A stretch of DNA of 62,885 nucleotides from Candidatus Benthicola marisminoris (GCA_023554335.1 JAMJQR010000081.1:1-62885), one strand, 5' to 3'; shown: positions 27,755 through 36,870, counted from the first letter of the stretch. Made by a program: numbers and translations. The notes: generated from the letters alone by a model not told the origin.

Positions 27755-27829
27755 TGGGCGAAGCTGGATTCGAACCAGCGACCTCCTGCTTGTAAGGCAG
27801 GCGCTCTGGACCAACTGAGCTATTCGCCC
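27755..27829 (-). tRNA. tRNA-Val (anticodon UAC), CCA not encoded
   Basis: The reverse complement folds by hand into a cloverleaf: GGGCGAA/UA/GCUC-AGUUGGUCCA-GAGC/G/CCUGC-CUUACAA-GCAGG/AGGUC/GCUGG-UUCGAAU-CCAGC/UUCGCCC/A. It has a T-loop UUCGAAU and anticodon loop CU-UAC-AA. Confidence 0.9.
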
Positions 27830-28104
27830 TCGCCCGCCTGATCCGATTCCGTGCCTCTGAACCCGAGGAGGAGTCCCGCCGGAATCAGTACCACGTATCC
27901 CGCGAACAGGAGCAAGGGTGCAAGCACAACCGAGCCCCGGTCGAGGGAGACATATCCAAACAAAACGACCACGGCCCCGACCGCGAGGAGAATCACGTTC
28001 CGTGTCTCCAACAGGCCGAACATCCGTGGACGATGCGCGCCGTCGTCGGCTTCGCTTCCGCGGTTCCCGTCCATCGCGAAAGGATACCCCCAAACAGAGA
28101 CCAA
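27820..28104 (-). CDS. small two-TM membrane protein (DUF3098-like)
   Basis: 94-aa ORF. Alternative starts are Met11 at 28074 and Met28 at 28023. The core MFGLLETRNVILLAVGAVVVLFGYVSL...VLAPLLLFAGYVVLIPAGLL resembles the DUF3098 pattern as I recall it. The stop codon TAG lies inside the tRNA-Val gene. Confidence 0.55.
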   Translation of the reverse strand: MVSVWGYPFAMDGNRGSEADDGAHRPRMFGLLETRNVILLAVGAVVVLFGYVSLDRGSVVLAPLLLFAGYVVLIPAGLLLGFRGTESDQAGEGE

Positions 28105-28105
28105 G

Positions 28106-29155
28106 TCAATCTGCTTCCTGGCCGGGATTCCCGCCCTCGGAGGGGGGCTCGTCGGCTCTCGCGATCGCGCCGTTCCTCGCGATGCCCGCGCCTGCGTTCC
28201 AGAGACTCATCTCTTCCTGATCGCGCCGCTCCGCGTCGCGCAACGCATCGAGCCGCGTCCGATCCCAGCGCGCCCTACGAACGGCCACGAAGAGGACTAG
28301 AACTGTCACTCCGATCCAGAAGACGCCGGCCCTGGACAGCAGGTAAAGCCACCCGTACCGGTCGACCAGCGATTTCTTCCATCGGACCTCGAATTGCTCC
28401 GCTGTCACTCCGAAAGTGAGTCGCAGAGCCTCCTCGAACGTCTCCCCCTCCCGTAACCGGCGGAACACGGCCCTCAGGCCCGCGTCACCGCCCAGGGCCG
28501 CGAGCTCGTGCACGGCCGTGTACGACAGCAGGTAGCCCATGCGGGCCTCGGTGGAGTGTCGGCGGAACCTGAGGTCGATCTCGCGGAGTGTCGTGGCGCC
28601 CCGCCGCAGGAACACGGATTGGAGGTGCCATGCGTCTTCCCAGCTCCACTCGCCGGAAGCGTACTGAGCGTATCCCTCCGTGAGCCAGCGCGAGTAGTTC
28701 CCACCGGTGGCCGCCCCAAGTGCCACGTGGGCTATCTCATGGCGGAGTACGGAGCGAAGCCCGCCGGGGCCGTGCAGTCCCGGACCCGTCTTCAAAGCAA
28801 TCCGCCGCGACGCCGGGTCCGCCGTCCCGGCTACCCAGGGCTCCGGGTGCCGAACGCCGTCCGGCACTCCTTCGGACAGATCCGACGTCAGCCAGATCTC
28901 CAACGCGTCAACGCCGACGTCAGGCAACGAGCCGATCCCGGGCAGCGGCTTCCACACTGCGGGATCGTTGGCGAGTGTCGCGCCGAGGAGCTGAAGATCG
29001 GGATCACCCAGGACCTCCACGCGTGCTGGCTTCCCCGGCACATCCTGAGATGGAAGGGGCGACGGGATGCAGAGCGCGAGCGCCAGGGCGAGCGCGGCCG
29101 CGGCGGTGATTGGAGCGCGAGGCGTAACCCTGCGGATCCGCACCCTGGAAATCAC
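28106..29155 (-). CDS. membrane-anchored HExxH (peptidase MA-like) metalloprotease
   Basis: The GTG at 29155 sits in a GTGA overlap with the rluD stop. It has a signal/TM region (APITAAAALALALALCIP), HEIAHV plus a downstream LTEGYAQY (gluzincin-type third ligand), and a C-terminal TM (GVFWIGVTVLVLFVAV) with a charged tail. The upstream 107 codons of the track ORF overlap rluD. Confidence 0.7.
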   Translation of the reverse strand: MISRVRIRRVTPRAPITAAAALALALALCIPSPLPSQDVPGKPARVEVLGDPDLQLLGATLANDPAVWKPLPGIGSLPDVGVDALEIWLTSDLSEGVPDGVRHPEPWVAGTADPASRRIALKTGPGLHGPGGLRSVLRHEIAHVALGAATGGNYSRWLTEGYAQYASGEWSWEDAWHLQSVFLRRGATTLREIDLRFRRHSTEARMGYLLSYTAVHELAALGGDAGLRAVFRRLREGETFEEALRLTFGVTAEQFEVRWKKSLVDRYGWLYLLSRAGVFWIGVTVLVLFVAVRRARWDRTRLDALRDAERRDQEEMSLWNAGAGIARNGAIARADEPPSEGGNPGQEAD

Positions 29156-30144
29156 GTCGGGGAGTCCGTAGCTGCAGTCTGCCGCGCCCATTCGACCGCA
29201 TCGTGAAGCCGGTCCGGAAGTGGCGAAGTGAACGTCAGCTCCTCTCCGGTGGAAGGGTGAACGAACGAAAGCCGTGTGGCGTGCAGGAAGAGCCGACCCG
29301 CACGCCGGTTGAGCTCGGCCGCCCATCGGCCGCCCGCTCCGAGCAGACCCTTTTCCCAGTTGGCGCCGTAGATCGGGTCCCCCACCACGGGGTGACCGAT
29401 GGAGCGCAGGTGGACACGAATCTGGTGGGTGCGCCCGGTGTGGAGGCGGACGGCGAGCAAGTCTGCCGCCCTCCATCGCTCGAGGACGCGGAAGTGCGTC
29501 AGTGCCTCTCGGCCGTCACGCACGACTGCCATGCGTTGACGGTGCTTGGGATCCCGGCCGATTGGATCGTCCACGCTGAATTCGTCTTGTGGCGCGTGTC
29601 CCCAGCATGCGGCGAGGTAGCTTCTTCTCACCTCCCGCCGGGAGATCGCCCGGGCCAGCCGCCCATGCGCCTCGTCCGTCCGGGCGACCACCAGGAGGCC
29701 GCTCGTGTCCTTGTCCAGCCGGTGCACGATTCCCGGACGGTCTGGCGCGCCAACGGAGGACAGCCCTCCCAGCCGGCTAAGTAGAGCGTTGACGAGCGTG
29801 CCGCCGCGGTGGCCGGCCGCCGGGTGCACGACCATGCCGGCCGGCTTGTCGACGACCACCAGTTGATCGTCTTCATAGACCAGGTTCACGGGGATCTTCT
29901 CGGGCGCGACCGACGCCGGCAGGACGGCCGGGACGACGACTTCGACCTCGTCGCCCTTCCGGAGGCGCCTGCTCTTTCTGCCGGGAGATCCGTTGACGCT
30001 CACACGCCCTTCGGCGATCAGCTCCGCGATTCGGTTCCGGCTCAGACGCAAACGATCGGCTAGATACACATCCAGCCGATCGTCAGGTGCCTCCTCGACG
30101 CGAAAGCGGTGAACTTCAGCCGGCGGCCTGCTCCGGTTCGTCAC
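29152..30144 (-). CDS. rluD: 23S rRNA pseudouridine synthase, RluA family (RluD-like)
   Basis: 330 aa with an S4 domain (RLDVYLADRLRLSRNRIAELIAEGRVSVNG) and a catalytic HRLDKDTSGLLVVA motif. Confidence 0.9.
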   Translation of the reverse strand: MTNRSRPPAEVHRFRVEEAPDDRLDVYLADRLRLSRNRIAELIAEGRVSVNGSPGRKSRRLRKGDEVEVVVPAVLPASVAPEKIPVNLVYEDDQLVVVDKPAGMVVHPAAGHRGGTLVNALLSRLGGLSSVGAPDRPGIVHRLDKDTSGLLVVARTDEAHGRLARAISRREVRRSYLAACWGHAPQDEFSVDDPIGRDPKHRQRMAVVRDGREALTHFRVLERWRAADLLAVRLHTGRTHQIRVHLRSIGHPVVGDPIYGANWEKGLLGAGGRWAAELNRRAGRLFLHATRLSFVHPSTGEELTFTSPLPDRLHDAVEWARQTAATDSPT

Positions 30145-30667
30145 CGTCCTTCTCCTCGAAATAGAATGAAATCAGCAGAAGCACCGCCCCGATGCTCACC
30201 GCCATGTCCGCCACGTTGAAGATCGGCCACCGGTGAGTACCCAGGCCGACGTCCAGAAAATCCACGACGCCCGCCTCGAACCTGAAGCGATCGATGATGT
30301 TGCCGATCGCCCCTCCGCTGACGAGCGCCACCGCGAGAAGACGGAGGCGATCGCTCGCCGGAGTGGAACGGTAGATCAGACCCAGCACGACGAGCGCCAC
30401 CAGGGAAAGAACGAGGAAGAACACCCTCGAGTGCTCGCCGATGTTGATCCCGAACGCGGCGCCAGGGTTGTGAGTGTAGGTCAGCCGGAAGAACTCTCCG
30501 ATCACGGGGACCGGATAACCGAACGTGAGGGTGTTCATGGCCCACATCTTCGTGACGAAGTCGAGGACCACGACAGTTCCGACCACGCCGATGATCAGGG
30601 CCGTCTTGTTCACACCCTCCGCCAGCACCTGCGGCTCCGCGAGGGTACCGGTGTCAGCGCGAGACAC
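30116..30667 (-). CDS. lspA: lipoprotein signal peptidase II
   Basis: NPGAAFGI, IGNIIDR and FNVADMAVSIG motifs with 4 TM segments. The start is ambiguous: GTG at 30667 overlaps the dksA-like stop by 14 nt, and GTG at 30628 is preceded by GGAG. The longer track ORF is rejected. Confidence 0.85.
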   Translation of the reverse strand: MSRADTGTLAEPQVLAEGVNKTALIIGVVGTVVVLDFVTKMWAMNTLTFGYPVPVIGEFFRLTYTHNPGAAFGINIGEHSRVFFLVLSLVALVVLGLIYRSTPASDRLRLLAVALVSGGAIGNIIDRFRFEAGVVDFLDVGLGTHRWPIFNVADMAVSIGAVLLLISFYFEEKDGDEPEQAAG

Positions 30668-31061
30668 CCGTCTCTTCCTTCTCCTTGCAGCTAATGCAGA
30701 GCACGGTGTGCGGCAACGCATCCAATCTCTCGAACGAGATCTTGTCGCCGCAGTCCTCACAGACCCCGAACCGCTCCGGCGTGCGATAGAGCCGCCTCAA
30801 GGCCTCATCCAGGTGGTACAGGTACCGGCCTTCCTTGCTCGCGAAGAGGAAGGCCTTCTCCCTCTCCATCGCATCCGTGCCCTGGTCGGCCATGTGGAAG
30901 CTGTAGGCCGAGAGGTCGCCGTCCGACGCCTGCATGCTGTTGGAGAAGGACTCGTCGTAGTGGCCGAGGTCCTTCAGGGCCCGCTCCCTCAGCTGGAGGA
31001 GCCGCTTCTCGATGTGTTGCAGGTCCTTCTTCTTCATTCCGTTGCCCCGATCTAGCCTCAA
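30654..31061 (-). CDS. DksA/TraR-family C4 zinc-finger protein
   Basis: 135 aa with a coiled-coil N-terminal half and a C4 finger CEDCGDKISFERLDALPHTVLCISCK. Confidence 0.85.
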   Translation of the reverse strand: MRLDRGNGMKKKDLQHIEKRLLQLRERALKDLGHYDESFSNSMQASDGDLSAYSFHMADQGTDAMEREKAFLFASKEGRYLYHLDEALRRLYRTPERFGVCEDCGDKISFERLDALPHTVLCISCKEKEETGVSR

Positions 31062-31080
31062 AGGGTGCTTGATGTTGTAT

Positions 31081-34000
31081 TCAGGTCCGTATCTCCGACC
31101 CGTCCGACCTGCTCAACCCCATGAGCAGAGTCTCACCATCGATCTGCACTCGAGTCTTGTGCTCCAGTGAGTCCACCTCCGCCGCGTCCAGCTCCAGCGC
31201 TGCCGCAAGAGTCTCTCCCGCGATGTACCCGCGATGGGCCTTCACCGCTTCCGCGAGGCGACCCGGCTCGGCCACCAGCCTCAGCCGGACACGGTCGCTG
31301 ACGTCGAGTCCCGAGTCACGGCGCATCCGTTGGACCCGGCTTACCACCTCACGCGCGAGCCCCTCCGCTTCCAGCTCCGGCGTCACGGCCGTGTCGAGCC
31401 CCACCAGGTAGCCGTCGTGCACCTGGACCGTCAGGTCTCCCGAAGCCTCCTCGAGGACCTTGGCGTCTCCCGGCAGCACCTCGAGCGAATCGCCCCCAAC
31501 CTGCACGGAGACCGTCTCGCCAGCTGCCAGGCGCCGGATCGAGGCCGCGTCCAGGGCCGCGATCGCCTTTGCTACCTCGGGTGTCCTCGCACCGAATCGA
31601 GGGCCGAGTTGCGCGAAGTCAGGCTTCGCGGACAGCCGTACAATATCGTCGGTTCCGGACGGGAATACAACATCCTTCACGTTCAGTTCCTGGCGCAGGA
31701 TCTCCTCCAGCTCGTCGCCCGGTCGCCTGCCACCAGGCACGACCGCCTGCAGGAGAGAAAGCGGCTGCCGCACCCGCGTGCCCGCTTCCTCCCGCGCTGC
31801 CCGTCCGAGGGTCGAGAGGCGGCGCACGTCGTCCATCCGGAGCTCCAGGTCCTCGTCTCGCACTCCTGAGGCCTGGGGAAAGTCGGCGAGATGGACCGAT
31901 GCGCCCTTGAGCTGGCGGTGAAGCCAGTCCGACAGGAAGGGAGCGATCGGCGCCAGAACCAACGAGGCAGCGAGCAGCGCCCCATGCAGGGTGGCAAACG
32001 CATCGGAGGTGCGGGCGTCATCGCCATCTGCCCCGGAGCCGGTAGCCCAGAACCGGTCGCGCGTCTGCCGCACGTACCAGTTCGAGAGATCGTCCAGCAC
32101 GAAGGCCTGGATGCGACGGGCCGCACGCGTGAGATCGTAGCTCTCGTAGTCCGATCGGACATCACTCACCAGGCCATCGACGCGGCTCAGCAGCCAGCGA
32201 TCGATCGCTGCGCGCTCACCAGGCGGCGAACAGCCCGGATCGTCGTGGCTCCAGCCTTCGAGACCGGCGTACATGGCGAAGAACCGGTACGTGCTCCGAA
32301 GCGTGTCGAACAGCTTGCGGTTCGTCTCGGTCAGGGCCGAGGCGTCCCACTTCTTTGGAAGCCACGGATTGCTCGACGCCAGGAGGTAGAAGCGCAGCGC
32401 GTCGGCTCCGTGCTCCGATACGGTGTCCCAGGGATCCACCACGTTGCCCCGGGACTTGGACATCTTCTGCCCCTGGCTGTCCAGAATCAGGTCGTTGACC
32501 ACGACGCTTCGGTAGGAGGGCTCCTCGAAGACAAGGGTGGAGATCGCGAGGAGCGAGTAGAACCATCCGCGGGTCTGATCGACCCCCTCGGCGATGAAGT
32601 GAGCCGGGAAGTGATCCTTGAAGGGCTGGACATTCTCGAAGGGATAATGCCACTGGGCGAACGGCATGGAGCCGGAGTCGAACCAGGCGTCCATCACCTC
32701 CGGGACCCGCCGCACCGTACCCTCGCACCCTTCGACCTCGCAGGCCCACGACACTTCGTCGATTCCCGGGCGGTGAGGATCGAAGTCGTCGTCGAGGCCG
32801 CCTACCCGGTCGCTCAGCTGGGCCAGGGACCCGATCACCTCGACATGCTCCGGGTCTGAGTCGCACACCCACACGGGGAGTGGCGTGCCCCAGTATCGAT
32901 CGCGCGACACCGCCCAGTCCACGTTGCCCGACAACCACTCGCCCATCCGGCCCGCACCGATCTCCGGCGGGTGCCAGTCGACGCGGGCGTTGTGCTCGAG
33001 GAGTTCCTCGCGGGCAGCCGTGGTTCGGATGTACCAGGAGTCGCGCGCCATGTAGAGCAGCGCGCTGTCGCACCGCCAGCAATGCGGGTAGCTGTGCTCG
33101 TACATCTGCCGGCGGTAGAGCAGGTCAGCCGCCGACAGGGCTTGGATGATGGCAACGTCGGTCTCCGGGTCTTTCACGTATCGGCCGGCGAGCCCGGCCG
33201 GGACCCGGTCCACGAACCGCCCGTCGGGATCGACGGTGTGCTGCATCGGAAGACCCTCGCGCGTACCAAGCTCGAAGTCGTCTTCCCCGTACATCACGGC
33301 AGTGTGAACTACGCCTGTACCATCGTCCGTCGTCACGAAGTCGGCCGCGAGCACCGTCCACGCAGCGGTGTTCTCCTCGCCATCCACCGCTCCTGGAAAC
33401 AGCGGCGCGTAGCGTCGACCCACGAGGTCCCGGCCGGGAATGACCTCGACGATGTCGTACGGATGGCGGAGGACATCAGGCGCGAGAGCCGACGCCACGA
33501 TCAGCTCCTCGCCCGGGGTCGCGCCCTTGGGAAAGCCGCCGTCTCCATCGCCTGGTTCGCGCACACGCACGCGCAGGTAGTCGATGTCGGACCCGACGGC
33601 GAGGGCCACGTTGCCCGGCAGTGTCCATGGCGTGGTGGTCCAGCTGAGGATGGCGGCGCCCCCGGAATCGTCCTCAAGGCGGAACTTCACGTAGACGGAT
33701 GGCTCCGAGACGACGCGATATCCCTGCGCTACCTCGTGACTGGATAGTCCCGTTCCGCAGCGCGGGCAGTAGGGCAGGACCTTGTAGCCCTTGTACAGCA
33801 GGCCTTTCCGATGAATCTCGGAAAGTGCCCACCACACCGACTCGATGTACTCCGGAGTACAGGTGACGTACGCGTTCTCGTAGTCGAGCCAATACCCGAT
33901 GCGCCGCGACAGTCGTTCCCAGTCTTCTTTGTAGGTGAAGAGGTTCTCGCGACAGACCTGGTTGAACCGGGCGATGCCAATGCGCTCGATCTCGGGTTTG

Positions 34001-34308
34001 CCCGAGATCCCAAGCTGCTTCTCCGCTTCGATCTCGACCGGCAGACCGTGAGTGTCCCACCCTGCGATCCGCGTGACGTGGAAGCCGGCCATGGCCCGGT
34101 AGCGGGCCACAGCATCCTTGATCGCCCGGGCAAGGACGTGGTGCACACCCGGCTTGCCGTTCGCCGTAGGAGGTCCCTCGTAAAACACGAACTCGGGTGC
34201 CCCGCGCCGAAGCTCGAGTCCGGTGTGGAACGTGTCCTCGGCCTCCCAGGCCTCGAGCATCTGCTCCTCGAGGTCGACCGGTTTCTCGGGCAGGGTGCGA
34301 TAGGTCAT
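31081..34308 (-). CDS. ileS: isoleucine--tRNA ligase (long, type 2-like)
   Basis: 1075 aa with an N-terminal PPTANGKPGVHHVL (HIGH region), KMSKS (GQKMSKSRGNVV), and the CP1 editing insertion. Confidence 0.95.
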   Translation of the reverse strand: MTYRTLPEKPVDLEEQMLEAWEAEDTFHTGLELRRGAPEFVFYEGPPTANGKPGVHHVLARAIKDAVARYRAMAGFHVTRIAGWDTHGLPVEIEAEKQLGISGKPEIERIGIARFNQVCRENLFTYKEDWERLSRRIGYWLDYENAYVTCTPEYIESVWWALSEIHRKGLLYKGYKVLPYCPRCGTGLSSHEVAQGYRVVSEPSVYVKFRLEDDSGGAAILSWTTTPWTLPGNVALAVGSDIDYLRVRVREPGDGDGGFPKGATPGEELIVASALAPDVLRHPYDIVEVIPGRDLVGRRYAPLFPGAVDGEENTAAWTVLAADFVTTDDGTGVVHTAVMYGEDDFELGTREGLPMQHTVDPDGRFVDRVPAGLAGRYVKDPETDVAIIQALSAADLLYRRQMYEHSYPHCWRCDSALLYMARDSWYIRTTAAREELLEHNARVDWHPPEIGAGRMGEWLSGNVDWAVSRDRYWGTPLPVWVCDSDPEHVEVIGSLAQLSDRVGGLDDDFDPHRPGIDEVSWACEVEGCEGTVRRVPEVMDAWFDSGSMPFAQWHYPFENVQPFKDHFPAHFIAEGVDQTRGWFYSLLAISTLVFEEPSYRSVVVNDLILDSQGQKMSKSRGNVVDPWDTVSEHGADALRFYLLASSNPWLPKKWDASALTETNRKLFDTLRSTYRFFAMYAGLEGWSHDDPGCSPPGERAAIDRWLLSRVDGLVSDVRSDYESYDLTRAARRIQAFVLDDLSNWYVRQTRDRFWATGSGADGDDARTSDAFATLHGALLAASLVLAPIAPFLSDWLHRQLKGASVHLADFPQASGVRDEDLELRMDDVRRLSTLGRAAREEAGTRVRQPLSLLQAVVPGGRRPGDELEEILRQELNVKDVVFPSGTDDIVRLSAKPDFAQLGPRFGARTPEVAKAIAALDAASIRRLAAGETVSVQVGGDSLEVLPGDAKVLEEASGDLTVQVHDGYLVGLDTAVTPELEAEGLAREVVSRVQRMRRDSGLDVSDRVRLRLVAEPGRLAEAVKAHRGYIAGETLAAALELDAAEVDSLEHKTRVQIDGETLLMGLSRSDGSEIRT

Positions 34309-34844
34309 CGGTCGGCGTCCGCCTCCTCGTCCGCCTCCGATTTCTGGTGGGACTCGGCCTCGGCGTCGCCGTTCACCAGCGAGCCCGCGAGACGCTCTTC
34401 TTCGTAGTCAACTTCGCTGAGGAAGCGGCCCAGGATGGACCTCATCTCCCGCAGGAACGCCGCTCGGCGGGCCTTGAGCTCCTGGAAGGCACGCTCCGAA
34501 TCCTCGACCGCACGGCGAGCGTCGCCCACCAGCCGCGCCGCTTCCTGGTCCGCCTCCTGCAAGCGCAGACCGGCCTGCTTCTCGGTCTGCAGACGGGCCT
34601 CCTCGCGCAGCTCCTGGGCCGCGATCAGTGCCTCGTTGAGCGCTCTCTCACGCTCCTCGTAGCCCGAGAGCCTCTCGCGAAGATGCACGAGCTGCTCGTT
34701 GAGGCGCACGTCCTCCTGGACCACTGACTCGAGCCGGTCCGCGACCAGGTCCAGGAAGGCGTCGACCTGGCCCGGGTCGTAGCCCCGGACCGTGCGGCGC
34801 AGGTCATCCTTCTTCTTCCGGACGTCCAGCGGCGTCAGATCCAT
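34305..34844 (-). CDS. divIVA: DivIVA-domain protein
   Basis: The ATG at 34844 is preceded by GGAGG. The N-terminus MDLTPLDVRKKKDDLRRTVRGYDPGQVDAFLDLV matches the DivIVA N-terminal domain pattern. A coiled-coil remainder follows, and there is an ATGA overlap with the ileS start. Confidence 0.85.
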   Translation of the reverse strand: MDLTPLDVRKKKDDLRRTVRGYDPGQVDAFLDLVADRLESVVQEDVRLNEQLVHLRERLSGYEERERALNEALIAAQELREEARLQTEKQAGLRLQEADQEAARLVGDARRAVEDSERAFQELKARRAAFLREMRSILGRFLSEVDYEEERLAGSLVNGDAEAESHQKSEADEEADADR

Positions 34845-35548
34845 CGTACCTCCGGTCTCTCTCCCAGGAGAACCGTCCCGAGGCGCACCTGCGTGCTCCC
34901 CTCCTCGACGGCGATCTCGAAATCGTTGCTCATGCCCATCGACAGCTCGCGGCCGACGAGGCCTCTCAGTTCTTTCTGACACCTGGCGAGGCATTCGCGC
35001 GTCGTGCTGAAGGCCTGCCGCAGGACGGCCTCGTCCCCTGTGTACGGCGCCATCGTCATCAGCCCGCGGACCTGGATCCGACTCAGCTCAGCCAGTCGGC
35101 CTACGACCTCGACCACCTGTGCCGGATCTAGGCCGCTCTTCTGCTCCTCCGCCGCCGCGTTCACCTGAACGAGAACCGGCACAAGGCTCACATCGGCGCG
35201 CTCCGCCTCGAGCTGCAGTCTTCGGCCGAGACGAACCGAGTCCACTGAATCGATCCTGTCGAACACCCGCAGCGCGCTACCCGCTTTGTTGCGCTGCAGA
35301 TGACCCACCATGTGCCAACGCACATCGACGTCGCCGAGGGCAGTACGCTTGCGGTCCGCCTCGGCCACCCGGTTCTCGCCCACGGCCTCGAATCCGGCCT
35401 CGGCCACCGCCGAAACGACGCCGGGCGCGTGCCCTTTCGTGATCGGCAGGATCCCGACTTCGGATCCTGCCCTCCCCGTTCGCGCAGCCGCGCGCTCGAT
35501 ACGCTGGCGAATCGCGTCGGCCCGCTCGCTGATTTGCTGTGTGTTCAC
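34835..35548 (-). CDS. yggS: YggS-family pyridoxal-phosphate homeostasis protein
   Basis: 237 aa with an alanine-racemase-N fold: ILPITKGH (PLP Lys), GHLQRNK and SMGMSNDFEIAVEEGSTQVRLGT. Confidence 0.9.
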   Translation of the reverse strand: MNTQQISERADAIRQRIERAAARTGRAGSEVGILPITKGHAPGVVSAVAEAGFEAVGENRVAEADRKRTALGDVDVRWHMVGHLQRNKAGSALRVFDRIDSVDSVRLGRRLQLEAERADVSLVPVLVQVNAAAEEQKSGLDPAQVVEVVGRLAELSRIQVRGLMTMAPYTGDEAVLRQAFSTTRECLARCQKELRGLVGRELSMGMSNDFEIAVEEGSTQVRLGTVLLGERPEVRWI

Positions 35549-35624
35549 GGCGGGAGTCTACGGCCGGCCACGTGGGCCGGCAACGGAGGCACCCGGTCCG
35601 GGCAGCGGGGCCTCGGCGGGTGCA

Positions 35625-35662
35625 CAAAAGAAAAGAGCCGCCCGCCAGGAGGCGAGCGGCTC
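35625..35662 (-). terminator. intrinsic terminator after tonB
   Basis: On the minus strand, a gagccgctcgcc/ggcgggcggctc stem (12 bp, one mismatch) with a 4-nt loop is followed by TTTTCTTTTG. It lies 29 nt downstream of the tonB stop. Confidence 0.75.
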
Positions 35663-35690
35663 AAGCTCATATCCCCGCCTGTGCGCGCGC

Positions 35691-36419
35691 CTATCTCGAT
35701 ACGCTGAAGTCGATGGGCTGGGCAATCCACACACCCACAGGCTTGTCGCGGTTCATCGCCGGCGAGAACTCCATCTGCTCGACGATCTGGGCCGCGGCGT
35801 TGTCCAGTGCCGGATACCCGCTGGAGGTGTGGATCTGCGACCGGGCGGCAGAGCCACGCTCGTCCACGAACACCCACAGCAGCACGCGACCCCCGATGCC
35901 CGCTTCCTTCAGCATGGGCGGGTAGAGCCGCTCCAACAGCTGCTGGATATCTCTCCCGTTTCTCAGCCTCGGCTCCACATCACGCGCAATGTACGACGGC
36001 GTGGCGGACGGATCCGCTCCGGCCGGCGGCGGCGGCAGATTCTCGACCGGGTTTTCCTCGAACGTGGTCGGCGCGATCGTGATGTCTTCGCTGACCTCGG
36101 CCGCCGCGACCCGCGGCGTGGCCGGACGGGCGATCTGTTCGGGCGGTGGCGGAATCTTCACCTCCGGAGGAAGCTCGATCGCCGCGAGTTCGTCCGCCAC
36201 GACCCCCAGATCAGCCGCCTCCAGCTGCGGGAAGAACTCGAACACGGCGAAGTGCAGCGCCGTGGCCACGATGACGCCCAGGTACGTGAGCGCCGAGTAG
36301 CTCTGCTTGAACCGGTCGTTCGCCGGCAGGAACGCAGTCGCGCTGGCCCGCCGGGCGACGCGCGCCTTCCGCGCCTCGTCTTTAGTGGTGATCTTCTGCT
36401 CGTCGTGTGGGTTCGCCAC
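35691..36419 (-). CDS. tonB: energy transducer TonB
   Basis: The GTG at 36419 has GGAGG 7 nt upstream, inside the end of exbD. It has a TM anchor (LTYLGVIVATALHFAVF), a Pro-rich linker (PPEVKIPPPPEQIARP) and a TonB C-terminal domain (GRVLLWVFVDERG...SGYPALDNAA). Confidence 0.85.
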   Translation of the reverse strand: MANPHDEQKITTKDEARKARVARRASATAFLPANDRFKQSYSALTYLGVIVATALHFAVFEFFPQLEAADLGVVADELAAIELPPEVKIPPPPEQIARPATPRVAAAEVSEDITIAPTTFEENPVENLPPPPAGADPSATPSYIARDVEPRLRNGRDIQQLLERLYPPMLKEAGIGGRVLLWVFVDERGSAARSQIHTSSGYPALDNAAAQIVEQMEFSPAMNRDKPVGVWIAQPIDFSVSR

Positions 36420-36423
36420 GAGA

Positions 36424-36867
36424 CTACCTCCTAGCTCTCTGGACCCGCTGTTCCACCCTCGTCGCAAACGTCACGCGAACGGCACCCGACGACTGGAGCT
36501 GCTCGGTGATCGTGTTGATCTGGCTGTACGGCACGTCCCGGTCACCGCGGATTGCGACGACCAGCTCACGATTCTCGGCGTAGATCGGCCGCACGACGTC
36601 GCCGATGTTCTCGTAAGGTACGACCTGGTCGTTGATGAACACCGTGCCATCGGGCTCGACCCAGATGTGCAGAATGTTCTTGCGTTTCTCGTCGATCTTC
36701 TCGGTGGCTTCCGCCGTCGTCCACTCGATGTTGCGCTTTTTCTCCTTCCGGAACACGGTCGAGACCATGAAGAAGATCAGGAGGAGGAACGCGATGTCGG
36801 CCATCGACGAGGACGGAATGTCGCTGCTCGCCCCGGACTTGCGCTTGAATCCCTTCTTGGTGGACAT
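36424..36867 (-). CDS. exbD: biopolymer transport protein ExbD/TolR
   Basis: 147 aa with SSSMADIAFLLLIFFMVSTVF, an N-terminal TM typical of ExbD. Confidence 0.88.
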   Translation of the reverse strand: MSTKKGFKRKSGASSDIPSSSMADIAFLLLIFFMVSTVFRKEKKRNIEWTTAEATEKIDEKRKNILHIWVEPDGTVFINDQVVPYENIGDVVRPIYAENRELVVAIRGDRDVPYSQINTITEQLQSSGAVRVTFATRVEQRVQRARR

Positions 36868-36870
36868 GCC

